This document shows positions 32,428 to 44,900 of a DNA stretch of 64,000 nucleotides, one piece after another. A program made the position numbers and the translations under genes. Within the stretch, counting starts at the first letter, position 1. Each line of letters opens with the position of its first letter. Source of the DNA: Antechinus flavipes (taxonomy: Eukaryota); contig NC_067401.1 in assembly GCF_016432865.1 (NCBI RefSeq), positions 112,654,001 through 112,718,000 on the forward strand. Direction: 5' to 3'. A model generated the notes under the pieces. It ran no database searches. It was not told the origin of the DNA and saw only the letters and a list, made by a program, of their open reading frames with translations.

Positions 32428-33331
32428 ATCCTCTCCTTTTCATTCAAGTCAGTATTTGGTTGAATTGGGTTAGAGGATATCATTGAGTTCTTTGTTGCAT
32501 TTCCTTATGTAAAAGGGCTTTGTCATAAGCACAGATCATAAAAGATGGAGGTCCCACATGCCCCCCCCCCCCCAATTCTTCTTTTTGGAAGAGACAGTCT
32601 ATATTGAAGTCTTTCCATTGGCCATGTAGACAGAATTAACTGAATCTTTAAATCTACCTAATTATGGCCCAATTTCTCTTTCTTTCTTATGGTTTGTAGG
32701 CATGAAGGGCCCTTTTATTCAGAACCCTAATACTGTGCATATTTTGGAGCTTAGAGTATGAGAATATCCCTAGAGTCTTCTCCAGTCTAGCTTAAGAATC
32801 TCTGATTTCTGGGAAGCTCTTGTGGGCCTAGTTTGCTTGTGAGTGAGACACTGCTGGAGTCCCTGGAGTAGTTTGTCATCTGAAGACCAGACTAGTTTGG
32901 GGCAGAGAGGCACTGCCCCAGTGCGATGGCTGCCAAAGGATGTATTTGGTTCACTGTGGCAACTCAGAAACTGTCTGCTAAGGAGGGGAATAAACAGACA
33001 TATCCAGGAATCCCAAGAGCTAAAAGCTACCCAGTGTTGTTCCTTGAGATGGGGCAAATCAGGGAGGCAGAGCCCTAGACATGGATCATCATTTGATACA
33101 CTATGGGACTGAACCTAAATATTTTGGAGAAATAAACATTAATTGCTTATGCTTGGACCATGCTAATATAATAAAATGGACACTAGTACTCAAATTAATT
33201 GACTTATTCAGTTTTGGTATCGGATCTTAGTTGGGATACTAATCCAACCATCAAAGGATTAATTGCTTTGTAGAACTAGGGAAAGTGATAATAATATTCA
33301 TAGGAAGGAATAAAAGGTTAAGACTATAAAG

Positions 33332-33685
33332 CACAACTTCTTAAACTTTTTCTACTTGTTTTGCCTAAAAATTTTTTATCCACTGGGTATATAGGTATAT
33401 AAATCAACCATTTACTGATAATAAAACAAAGAAATGTATTTTAAAACAATTCTTGGGCATACATAATTATTATTTAATTTATTAATTTATTAATAAATTT
33501 ATTTATTAAAGAAGAAAGCAAATGAACATTCTAGTGAGATGGATGTGCATATTGTTTATTTTTACATAAAAAATTAAATCTTGGTGAAATATTTTAAACC
33601 TTTTCCTGTTATCAAATTTTTTTGCCTCCCCCACATAGTCACTTGACCCCATGGGGGATCATGACCCACAGTTTAAGAAACTTTG
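33332..33685. mobile_element. hAT-Charlie MITE, related TIRs
   Basis: TIRs CACAACTTCTTAAAC / GTTTAAGAAACTTTG; flanks CTATAAAG / CTCTAAGG (6/8 match). Confidence 0.65.
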
Positions 33686-33890
33686 CTCTAAGGAATAACA
33701 AAAAAAAAAAAAAGGGTGGGGGGAAGGAAACAGGTCTAGCAGTAACCAGATCTCAAACTATACCACAAAGCAGCAATTATCGAAAATATTTTTTATTAGT
33801 TAAAAACAGAGAATTTGATTAATGGAACAGATTGATTATAGAATATACAGAAGCATACAATATAGTAAGTTAGTGTTTAATAAGCTCCCA

Positions 33891-34140
33891 AGGCAGTAGT
33901 TGGGTGGGAAAGTAATTGGAGTATTGGGTCTGGAGCTAGGAAGTTTCACCTTCCTCAGTTTCAAATCAGGTTTTGGACACTAATTGTGTGACCCTGAACA
34001 AGTCACTTAATCCTGTTTGCCTTCTGTAAAATGAGCAGAAAAAGGAAAATGGCAAACCTATTCTAGTATCTCTGCCAAGAAAACCCCAGATGGGGTCATT
34101 AAGAATCAGATCATAGGGCTGAAAAATGATTGAATAACAA
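33891..34140 (+). mobile_element. MAR1-type SINE
   Basis: GAAAATGGCAAAC...GCCAAGAAAACCCCAGATGGGGTCA tail. Confidence 0.7.
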
Positions 34141-37119
34141 TAAACCCCTCCACCTCCAGCTACTGGGATAATGATTATGATTCAACAAAAACTGCCATCA
34201 AAATTGGAAATCAATCTGCAAGAAATTGGGTATAAACCCAACATTTTGCGTTGTAAATTAAGAGGAGCATCGAATGGATACATGCTTTAGATATAGGGAC
34301 ACTATGAAAGGAGAAAAGACTACTTTTCTAGGCAAATAGTACAAAGCAAGATCAGGGCAGGTGTCTTGAAAGAAACCCTTAGTTTAGGGGTACATGTACA
34401 CATACCATGAAAGAAAGATAACAGGCTTTGGGGTGCTGGTGTGTTGGCTTCTGCTAGAGGCTGCCATGTCTTATTGCAGGCAGCATAGGGTGAGAGAAAT
34501 TTGCTCTTTTATTGAATGTATTCCCCATTCTAGCTAATTATTCTTATGAACTAGGTGCTAAACTCTGCTGTCACAAGTACTGTCAGCACTTCCTAAATTA
34601 GACACTTTGGAGCAAAGCCCCAACTGTTCCACCTTAGGTACAGCTTTGATTATATGCTTTGTGGGAAGAATTCCTCCTCTTTTCTCGTTATTACCAGAAA
34701 CGTAAGCGTTTATAGTTCCACGGGGAATGAGGAAAGAAGTATTGGGGAGTATTAGGAAGTAGCCCCAGCCCTGCTGTAAGCGGATGGTATTTGGGATGAG
34801 AGATTTGGGAGTCAGAGCTGGATAGCATGAATGCTAAGCCTGGACCCAAGAACTTGGGGAGGGAGGAGAGGGAACTCAAATGTCCAGGGGCGGAAGCAGG
34901 TGCAGAAGGTTTGAGTAATGACCTGGGGAGGGGTAGTGTGCAGTGGGAAGAGCTTGGGGGAGGCAGAGCTACGGCTGGCCGGTGACTAGTGCTTCTGTTG
35001 CAAACCAACTCCAGAGAGCAATGATGGGAAAGTGCAACATGAAACTTGGTCTGGTCCGGTCCATCCGAATGTCAGGCCCTGAGCTGCTCCTGGCTTCAGG
35101 TTGGAAGGAGAGGCTGCAGCTATGAGGCTCCCGGCACCCTTTGTACAGAGAATGAGCAGGACTGCCCCATTCCTCAGCTACAAGAAGCCTGAGAAATTTT
35201 GACAGAGAGCTGGGGGTCAGGGAGGCCCATCCCCCAGGACAGGAGGATAGGCAGGAGCTGGAGTGTGGAAGAGGGATGGAGTGGGGCCCGCTCTCCTCAA
35301 TAGATAGTTAATGGATTAATGAATGAATGTACCTAAATGGCAGGAGTAGGATTCTTAATACAAAGCTCCTGCGCCAACCCACAGAGGTACTAGAGGAACT
35401 GCTGTGTTTTGGGGATGTTAGAGAAGGGAGGAAGGGGATGTCTTTGTGGGCTGAAGAGTCCTAACTGGTAATAGGAACCTTCCTGTGCATGAGGGTCGAA
35501 GTTGGCTCCTGAAGAAAGGAATTGGTTCTGGAGGGTTAGAAAGATAGATAAACAGAAGCAGCAACAAGTCTGTGTGTGTGCTGAATGTTGTAGGTATATG
35601 CCAGTTGGATTTCTACTTCCCAGAGTGCCCCCTTGCATGGCATCGGTGCAGTTTGCCCAGGCTGCCCCCAAGACACCAGCAGGAGACTCAGGACCTGGGA
35701 CAAGCCACAGAGAAGTCGAGATAATTCTCCCTACCCCAGCTCCCATTTATTCTACTTTCCTGTGGAGGGCCTCTCGGGACCCGCAGCACTCTGGAAAAAG
35801 TTTCTTAGGCTGCCAAGGAATCAGGGCAATTCTGCTCATTCTCCTCGTGCCCTTGTCCTGCCTCCAACCCCACACCCCATTTCTGGTTAACAATTATAAA
35901 CTTCTTTTAACTTAAAAAAAAAAAAAAGGAAGAAAAATAGAAGTAAAAAAGATCAATGAGATGAATTGGGATTTGCAGAAATAGTTAGGGCCTGAGAGAA
36001 AATCCAAAAGGGGTGGTGAATGAGCTCTGAGAATTCAATAAAGTTCAGAGTTCATAAATTATCTTGTTCAGCTTCATTCAGCTAGAATAGTGGAGGGAAG
36101 ATGTGAACTCGAGTCCTTGGACAACAATATGGAGTCCAGCTTGGGCCATGAGGCAGGATGACCCCCCAACTTTTCTAGATTCCCCCCCCCCCTTCTCTCT
36201 CTCCTTCTCCCTCTCCTTTTATCCCACTACAGTAAGATCTAACTTTTGCAGCACAGTATGTTGTAAAAGGGACCAATGACATCAGAAGATAATGTCTTGA
36301 CTTGCACTACAGTTGGATTTTAGTAAAGCAGAATATTGGACCTGGAAGAAAACTTAGAGATCATTTAAGGAGTTTAATCCCTTCATTTTGAAGATAAGGA
36401 TGGCAAGAAGAGTTAAGCAATTTGCCCAAGACCATCTGGCTAACAAGTAACAAAGCAGGAATATGGAGTTAAGTTCTCTGTTTTAAAATCTGATGCTCTT
36501 TTGGTTTTGTGCCACACTAATTACACACATCTTGGGGAAGTCATTTGATCCCTTTAGATCTTGCTTTTCTCATTGGTAGTAAGATGAGATTAAATTTGGT
36601 GAACTCTTATATCCTGTCTAGGTCTCCATTTATGAAACACCTAGATTATGTTGGTGATGGGCCTTTTCTTTTGAAGAGGATCAATGATATTGTGGGGCTC
36701 CCAAGGGTCATTGCTGATGGAGTCAATAATCAAAGAGAACTGTATGTTTTTGACTGTTTATTGGTCAATATTTGTTGTTTTTTTACCAGACTTACATTAA
36801 TATAATTAAAAAGAACTAACACCCAATTGCTGACATTCATGTTTTATACAATACATTATATTCAGGGTTCTATTTGCTCCTCACAATAATCCTGTGAGGG
36901 AGACATGTGCCATAGCCATTTTAGCTGTGAGGAAATAAGCTAAGAAGGTGAAGTTACTTACTCAGAGCCATACAATGGGATGTAGGATTAAAAGGTAGGT
37001 TTAAAGTAGGATTAAAATCCAGGTTTCCTGGCTTCAAATTCAGTGCTTGTTCCTCTATAGTCACTCATTCTATTTCCCCCTAAAACCCTCTTCTTCCAAG
37101 CTCCCCCATTTCTAGTTTC

Positions 37120-37310
37120 AGAATACCTGAGAATTCTGGTTAGGAAGATCTGAATTTGAATCCTGCATCTAAGTTGTGTGATCATAAACAAGTGACAACC
37201 TCTCTGAGTCTGTTTTTTCATCTATAAAAGGGAGATAATAACAGCACCCACCTGACAGCGTTGTTGGGAGAACCAAATGAGATGCCTGCAAAGTGCTCTG
37301 ATGACTTTAA
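37120..37310 (+). mobile_element. MIR-type SINE; other MIR-like copies near 6350-6460, 11930-12130, 14400-14560, 28720-28930, 45300-45420, 48530-48680, 53960-54110, 58390-58520, 58780-58900, 63950-64000
   Basis: CORE motif TTCATCTATAAAAGGGAGATAATAACAGC or its reverse ATAGATGAGGAAACTGAG. Confidence 0.55.
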
Positions 37311-40300
37311 TTTATATACACTTGAGCTATTATGCAGAAATTCCTCCTTAGAAGGTGGATGTGTATTTGGAAGAGGCAAAAGGTGGTAATCTCCAGCGAA
37401 GAAGGAATTTTGTAGACTAGGAAAAAGTAAATATTTGCCTAGAGAGCTTGGAGCAAGGTATGTGAGAACCCAGTAGCAGTATCTGGTGCTGAAGAGCATG
37501 GCAGGCACTGGGAATGGGAGTCTAAGAAGGCAGATCATTTTAGTCCAAGGAGGGAATGGGCCGCTCCCCGAGGCAGTGAGCTCCTTATTTCAGGCTCCCT
37601 TTAAGTCTGAGATGCCAAGAACAAACCCAGGGGTGGGGGCTGTACCTGCTCCCTCCCTCTCCCTCAGTCAGGGAGCCAGAGGATGAGGGGAGCCGACAGC
37701 GGTGTTTAGAAGTCCGAAGGTGTTAATGGCAGCTCAGGGAGCTGAGGAGTGCTGCTCGGTGTGACTGGCTATCTCTGGTATCTGGGACACTCTTTTTTCA
37801 CCAAAAAGGATAAAATATTTGGAGGTGTGGGAGAGGGAGGGGACCCAGGACATTTGCAGCCACTCCATTTTCCCATCTCACCTTGAGAGGATTACTCTCT
37901 TCCTTATTGGTGTAGGAAAGCATTTGGTGGCTGGAGAATGTGGGAATGGCATGGAGGGGCTAGTTGTTTTAATTGAGCTCTGGAAACTCAGACCTGAGGG
38001 GAATGAAGAGAGGACTAAGTTATGAGGAGATCATATCCCCATTGATCTCCCTGCCTGTGTCCATGACCCATATCTTTGCTGTGGCTCCCAATTCCCTAGG
38101 ACCCTTGAAAATCTCAACCCAGATTTAAAATGAGTTATCTAGTGTCCCTTAATGAATCCTGGCCCCTTGTTCTCCCCCTCCCACAACTTGGACCCCAGAT
38201 TCCTTTAGCTCTACCCATAGACACTCCCGTGGATCTCAGCTTCCTCTATACTGCCCATTGGTTCCTTTCATTACCATGCCCTCTATACCTATCCTCTTTT
38301 AAGTTATATAGTTGTGCATTGCCTCTATGTGCCCTGCCCATGGCTTGGGCCTGTCTTGCTACCAAGTTTGAGGTGAAAGGCAAATTGCCGGTCCTAGTTG
38401 GCCCTAGTTCCTTCTGCCGGTGCATACTGGACAAGGAGTAGGCCCTTCTGACCAACCACATGGATACCACTGTTATCAGGATACGATTAAGGCTATGATT
38501 GGAGCAAGGGGCGGGGGCTTGGGCATCAAGCTCAAAGTCAAACAGCGCGTGGAACAGGAAGAACCAGGACACTGAGACTGAACAATGTTAGGAAAAATAA
38601 CAGAGTCAAGGAAGCGTTGGAGTACTGACAAGGCCCAAGTGAGACATCTGAAATCTTGGGGAAAGGGGTGGAGGGAGAACCCTTGAGGCAGACTAGGACT
38701 CTGTCTTTCTTACTTGCATTCATGGTTGTAAGGATCCTAGGGAAGCTCCCTCAGTACCAGCAGCCTATGTGACATGGGTGTGTTGGGATGACACAAATGA
38801 AGCTGGGATGCACAAGTAATTAGTGAGTAGCCTGTCCACTTCATGCAACCGTTGAAGTTTCCTCAGTAGGCTCAGTGGCTCACCTAGCAAAACATTTTCT
38901 CTTGAGTGTCAAGGGCCCAGTGCAGGTTTATCCTGCTCTCTGATCACTGGATCTAGATGGCTCTGGAGGGGAAAGTGAGGCAAGTTACCTTGCATGCCTC
39001 CCTTACTTAAATCCAATTCATTTGTAAGTCGCAGCATCCCCTCCCTGATGTCATGGTCCCCTTCTGGAACAAAGGACAATTTGCTATTAAGGCAGGAATC
39101 TCTAATGCCTGATCTGATCTTGGGAAGGGGATTCATCTGATTAAGCCTCTTTATCCATACTATCTTAAGAGTTTTCCCAGGTTTTAACTCTTCTCAAATC
39201 TGACTTGTTCCTGCCATTCCTCTCCAAACCCAGTAAATCCTACCCTACCCTTCAAGATTCATGACTCTCATCTCACTCTTCTTGCTCTTTCACATCTCTA
39301 ATAGCTGCTGGCTCATTAGTCTAGGGCACTCCCCATCCTGGAGAATCTAAATCCTGGGATACACAAAGTGCTAGTTCCTAAACCTTATTAGATTGGTGAT
39401 TGTTCTTATACTAATAACCAATAAATTAGGACTGAGATTTTTCCTTCCCATCTTCTCATTCAGGCCAAGTCCCAGTAGATCAGTTTCAAGATTTGAATGA
39501 CAGGACCCTCACCGGACTATCTTTTGTTTATAGTACAAACAAGCTAACCTGGGTGAATTCCACGAGCATTAGCTCATGCCTTAGTATAGAATAATCTAGA
39601 CTTCATGGGAGATAACCAGTGGTCTGAAATAGATTCTTTTGTCTCATGGTGAAGCTATATTCTCAGCTGAAGCAATATTTTGAGCTCTCTTCATTAATGT
39701 CCACTGTTGTTCAACAATAAAGAGTTGATTTTCAACTATCGGGGATACGTTTTCTAAACGTAGTTTAAATATTCAGGCATTTCCATGTTTTTTTTTCATT
39801 TGAGAAAGATCAATTGTTTCCTCTTCTCCTAGTCATCCGACACTATCTTCTTTTTTGCATTTGACAGAATTCATATCCCTTTCTCCTTTATTGCTTCATG
39901 CTATGCAGGACACACGTTAGTAATTGGACAAACTGGCAAAGAATAACCTATTCCTCAGCATCTACAAACAGATGGCTCAATCAAGATGACAAAATCCATC
40001 ACCTGTGAAAGGTTGATGGGAAAGTATTTGTTGGTAGATAATGTGCACGTTGATGAACATTTGAGAAAACTCCCAAGAAGCTGTGGGAATTCATTAAGTT
40101 TGGCTCTAAAACAAAAAGCATGTTTTGTGAAACTACAGTAGGGGAAAATGGAGTAGCATTAACATTCGCCAACCAGCACTCTTATCCAGGTTAGGAAATT
40201 GTCTATCATTTCAAGATGGTACTTAAAAAAAGCTAGTCTGAATTAGCTTCTCCAAAACCCAACTGTCTCAACCTACTAAATATTCATATTATAATGTAGC

Positions 40301-41970
40301 TCTAAGTTCTTTAACAGCCCATTATCAGACTTAAATCATCATAAGCTGATGCTTGCTCCCTCCACCTATCTTCTATTACAGTAGAATATCTTTTTCTTAT
40401 TGGCAATAGGAAAAGCTTTTGGGGCCTACAGCCACTCAACCAGAAAAATCCCAAATCCCTTCAGTCCCTAAACTCCAAGCCCCTAGCAGTTCTAGATAAG
40501 GACATAAATTGCCCCTGTAAGAACTTTTATAATCTTCTTGAAGCAGTACAAAGAAAATGATTAGGGAAATAGAAATAGCAAGCTGCTCCTGGCCCATTCT
40601 CCTAATTTCATACCAGCTGTGCCACTTTAGTTACATCAAATAGCTGATTTCTCTCTCTCCAAAAACCAGATAGGTAATATCCTATTTTTGAATTATCTTT
40701 AGCTCAAAGCTTCAAACCATGGCTACATGGGATTTAGGGGAGGAAACTGCTCCTCCTGATGGAAAGATAGCTTAAAGTGAAAATGGGAGAAAACCCTTAG
40801 AGTCACTACCTCTTTCACTTCAAGTTATCATGTACCCAGAAAGAAAAGCATGGAGGTAGAACCCCCAGCTGAAATGACTATGAAGTTTCAAAGGAACCCA
40901 GCAAGAAAATGTCAAAGGCCCGATTGGATTTGAGAACGGTTTCTTCTTTGTTATAATGAACCAGAAATACAAGATTCTATTGAAACTGGAACAGCTGACA
41001 AAGGTATGACTGAACTTTAAAACTTCAAGGGAAAGAAGAGATAAGCAAAGCCAATGTGGGTGGTAAAATCCAAAGTTGTTCTAGACTGAAAACTGTTTCG
41101 TTTTTTAACAAATAAAGATAATAGCACTTCTAAGGCGTTCCCAGAACCCACTTGGCAGTAAGCCTGCCAAAATTCTCTCACTCCTCTCCCCTCTTAAGAA
41201 TCTGCCAGACAGCCTCTTTTTTTTGCTGCATGTAAATAGCTTGACCAATATTATCCATTTTGTTCATGATACAAAGTGCACAAGGAAAGTTTTTATGTAT
41301 CAAGAAAGATGCTATGTTATTGTGGATAATACTTTGATCTATGTGAGGTATGGACTTGGATGGTAAAAACTTGATTACCATTAGCAATTTATACAAGACT
41401 GTTAACCTGGTCCTCAAGGTAACCAACTTAGCTCTCCCACCATTTGCTGCAGTGTATGTCTAAATATGTGTCTTCTGTCCCCAGATTCTGTATTTTTTTT
41501 TTTTTTTAAGAACAGTACTATTTACCACTTCTTTTACAGCCCTCTTAAAAATCTCTCTCCATACTTAGTAGAAACTTCAAATAGGAAGTTTGTGCTATGG
41601 CATTTTCTAGAGCCTTAATTCAAAACCAGAAGACTGAATGGGGAGAACATTAAAATGTCAGTGCATAAGTGAGGGAGGAGGCATATTCCAGTCACCAGGC
41701 AGTCACATTCAAGTTCAGAGAGGAGTATAGAAAAAAAAATACAAAACCAATAAAAAAACAAAACAAAAACAAACAAAAACACAAACGTTTCATCCAACAC
41801 AGTATCAAAAAGTAAAGGAACACACAAAATGTATGAACTGGTGGTTGAATAAAGTCCACAACCTATTATGATAGATCCTTTCAGCATCTGTCAGGTCTTC
41901 TCATTTGTTAGCGCAGGAGCTGTACAGATGTAATGAACTTGAAGAATAGTCTCTAACAGGAAAGCTGGCC

Positions 41971-44900
41971 TCAATCATTAGTCTCAGGGTCTGTCTGAGC
42001 CATGTACGCATCAAGCTCAGCATCCAGGTGTCCTTTTGTTTTTGACATATATGCATCCAACTGGTTGTCAAGCTGTTCCTTGGTCAGTGCAGGGCGGGCA
42101 GAACCTCTACCTCGTCCCCGACCTCTACCACGACCACCAAAGCCCCCTCGTCCACGGCCTACCATGCCTCGACCTGGTCAAGGAAAAGAAGAGAGGATTA
42201 TACATTTCAGTTGAGGCTTTCAGGTTACTTACTGTTTTCAAGCCAATAAAGGGACTCTTAATAGATAAAAGTGGCACATAGAGTTGTTTTTGTTTTTTCT
42301 TTCTTTCTTTTTTTTTTTTTTAAAGTATTCTGATAAAAATGAATACTCTGGGCAGTAAGCAACTTAGAAAGAGTACATAGTCAATCTTTTGATACAATAA
42401 ACATATATTGGACAAAACTGTTACAACAATTTCTTCAGAATGATTCTAACCATTGCCTTATGGGTAAAGATTTTTTAAAAATTGCACTTCACTTTTATTA
42501 GCCTATTCTCTTTTCCAGAACCTGTTGACATCTTATGATCTAGTAGAAAAATTTTAAATCAATTGATTTGAAAAGTCATGAAATAGCTTTGAGATGCTTT
42601 GTAAATTCATCACCATTACCTTGGAATAAACAATCTGAATTGTATTTCATTTTTCTTTTTGCCCATTCTTTAGTTTGGCAATATTATATTACAGAATACC
42701 TCCATAAGGCTTGGTGGTCTTAGAAGCCATTTTTCTACTGTTCTGTGTATAGTTTGACATAGGAACCGTGTGGGGAGATCGGAAAGGAACCAATAAGTAA
42801 CCCCAGCTGTCAATACATCCCACTGTAAGGACTAGTCATGCTTATACCAATAAGCAATTAATCATTCATGAGTGTCAACTAAGAAAGCTCCAATTCACTC
42901 AATAAAATTAAGTCACTTTAGTGTTATCCCTAAGGAATCTTGGGAACCAGTTCTAAAATGGTTTGGCAATATGCAATTTTATCCTGCAACTCAAATTTAG
43001 CTCGGCATTCACTCGACAAACCAGACAGTAAACAATGACAATACAGATAACCCAAGGCATTAGATTTCATTTTCAAGAGCTCTGTGTCTTAAATTACAGA
43101 AGATCTAAGCAGTGACCTTAAGGTACCACAGACTTTAGTTATTATGTCAGGAGTGGTTCATATATTGGGAATTTTTTCCTTTGGCCTGAAGAGTTTAAAG
43201 CTTTCACCATTCCGGCATTTTCTCCGGGTCAAAAGGTCACTAGGAAAACACTAAAGACTCCATAGGGAAGGTATATAATGTATTATTTCAAAATATGAGC
43301 AGAAAACTAGGAACCAGCACTTAATAAATTTCATTCTTGCATATACCAACCACTGTATCTAAACACTGGCCAATTAAAGGAGTCAAATCTCAGGGTTACT
43401 CACAGGTTCAAAATCTAACCTTGATACATGGTGATTTCAGAACTAAGTTCCAGATATTGCTCCTAGTAGACCACAGCTTTTTGATATTACTCATCACTAT
43501 CTGTTCATATCCTGCACATACCTGAATTGCACATAGTAGGAGCTCAATAAATATTGGTTGAATTTAATACTTTTTATCTGGGTCAATTGATATGAGAACC
43601 TGAAGAGAAACTACTAGCAATTCAGATTGATGGGAATTCAGTTTAAAATTTAAAAACTGTTTTACATGGCTATTTGGGAAAATCCTAGGAGAAACCTCCA
43701 CACAATGATATAGCTTCTAATTTATCAATTTGGATAGATATCATTCTCCCTCCTCCTAAAACCTGCTGATGACAAAGCTGTATAGGAAGATATGCCTAAA
43801 GTTATGTTTTTCTTTCTTTTTTTTTTTTTTTTAAGGAGAACCACTCTCTGGAGATGGTAGCTGACTAACCTCTACCACCGATTCCTCCACGGCCCATTGC
43901 TCCTCGCCCTAGGCCCCCTCTCCCAGGGCCTCCACGACCTCGGACACCACCTCTTCTTAATCCCATTCGGGGAGCTACGCCTCGTCCACCTCGGAGCAGG
44001 TTTTGACCTTGGAGAGGGGAGACACAATGCACATGCAGGTAAATCCAAGATATATAAAGTTTAAATCCCAGCCAGGGAAAGGTGGTGAGGTATAAATGGG
44101 AATAATTTGGACACTTTCCAGGTTGGCCAGGATAAGTCTACATGGAGAGGAAGAGTGCTTAACTAGAAATCTGCTCTTCATGTGGTAATTTCAACAAGTA
44201 TATATTGAGCTCCTCCTACATGCCCCTAACATTTTTATGAATTAAAATCAAGTATTGAATGTTCTTACCCTCAAGGAGCTTACAATCTTGTTAGGGACAA
44301 CTCCTATAACAAAGACTCTGCAAGCATCTGAGTAAGCACACTATATTCTTCAATATTGTTTTTAAAAAGCCCTCTAAATATGGTGTACCACACAGCACCC
44401 ATAGAAGATGCTGGCTTATCCAATGATTAGTTCTGGTCCAACAGAACTGTATACAAGTCACAGGTCTGCTTAAGTAAATAAGACCCATTTTTTAGTGAAT
44501 GAGGAGGGTGGCAAATTACATTAAAATCACATACAAAGATGTGAATTGCTTCTTATGCAAATCAAAGTCTTTCACCACTGTTTTCAGAAAAGATAGGGAT
44601 TTACTAAAGAACACTGCATGTTATTAAAAACATAATGATCTGAAAGCATTTGTTTTGCAGCCAGACTTAGAAAAGGGTAAGGGAGGCACTGTACAATGGA
44701 TTTTAAAGACTGACCTCGAAGAGACATTCCTCCCCTTAGCAGGGCTCTGGTAGCACGTCCTCCACGAAGTCCTCCTCGGGACAAGCCTCTCTGGCCCATG
44801 GGCAAACCCCGTCCTCCGACTGCTCCCCTGGCCAGGGGGCCAGTGGGGCGGCCTAACCGTGCCTGGATGTTACTTTTACCTAGACGCTGTTTTAAGCTCT

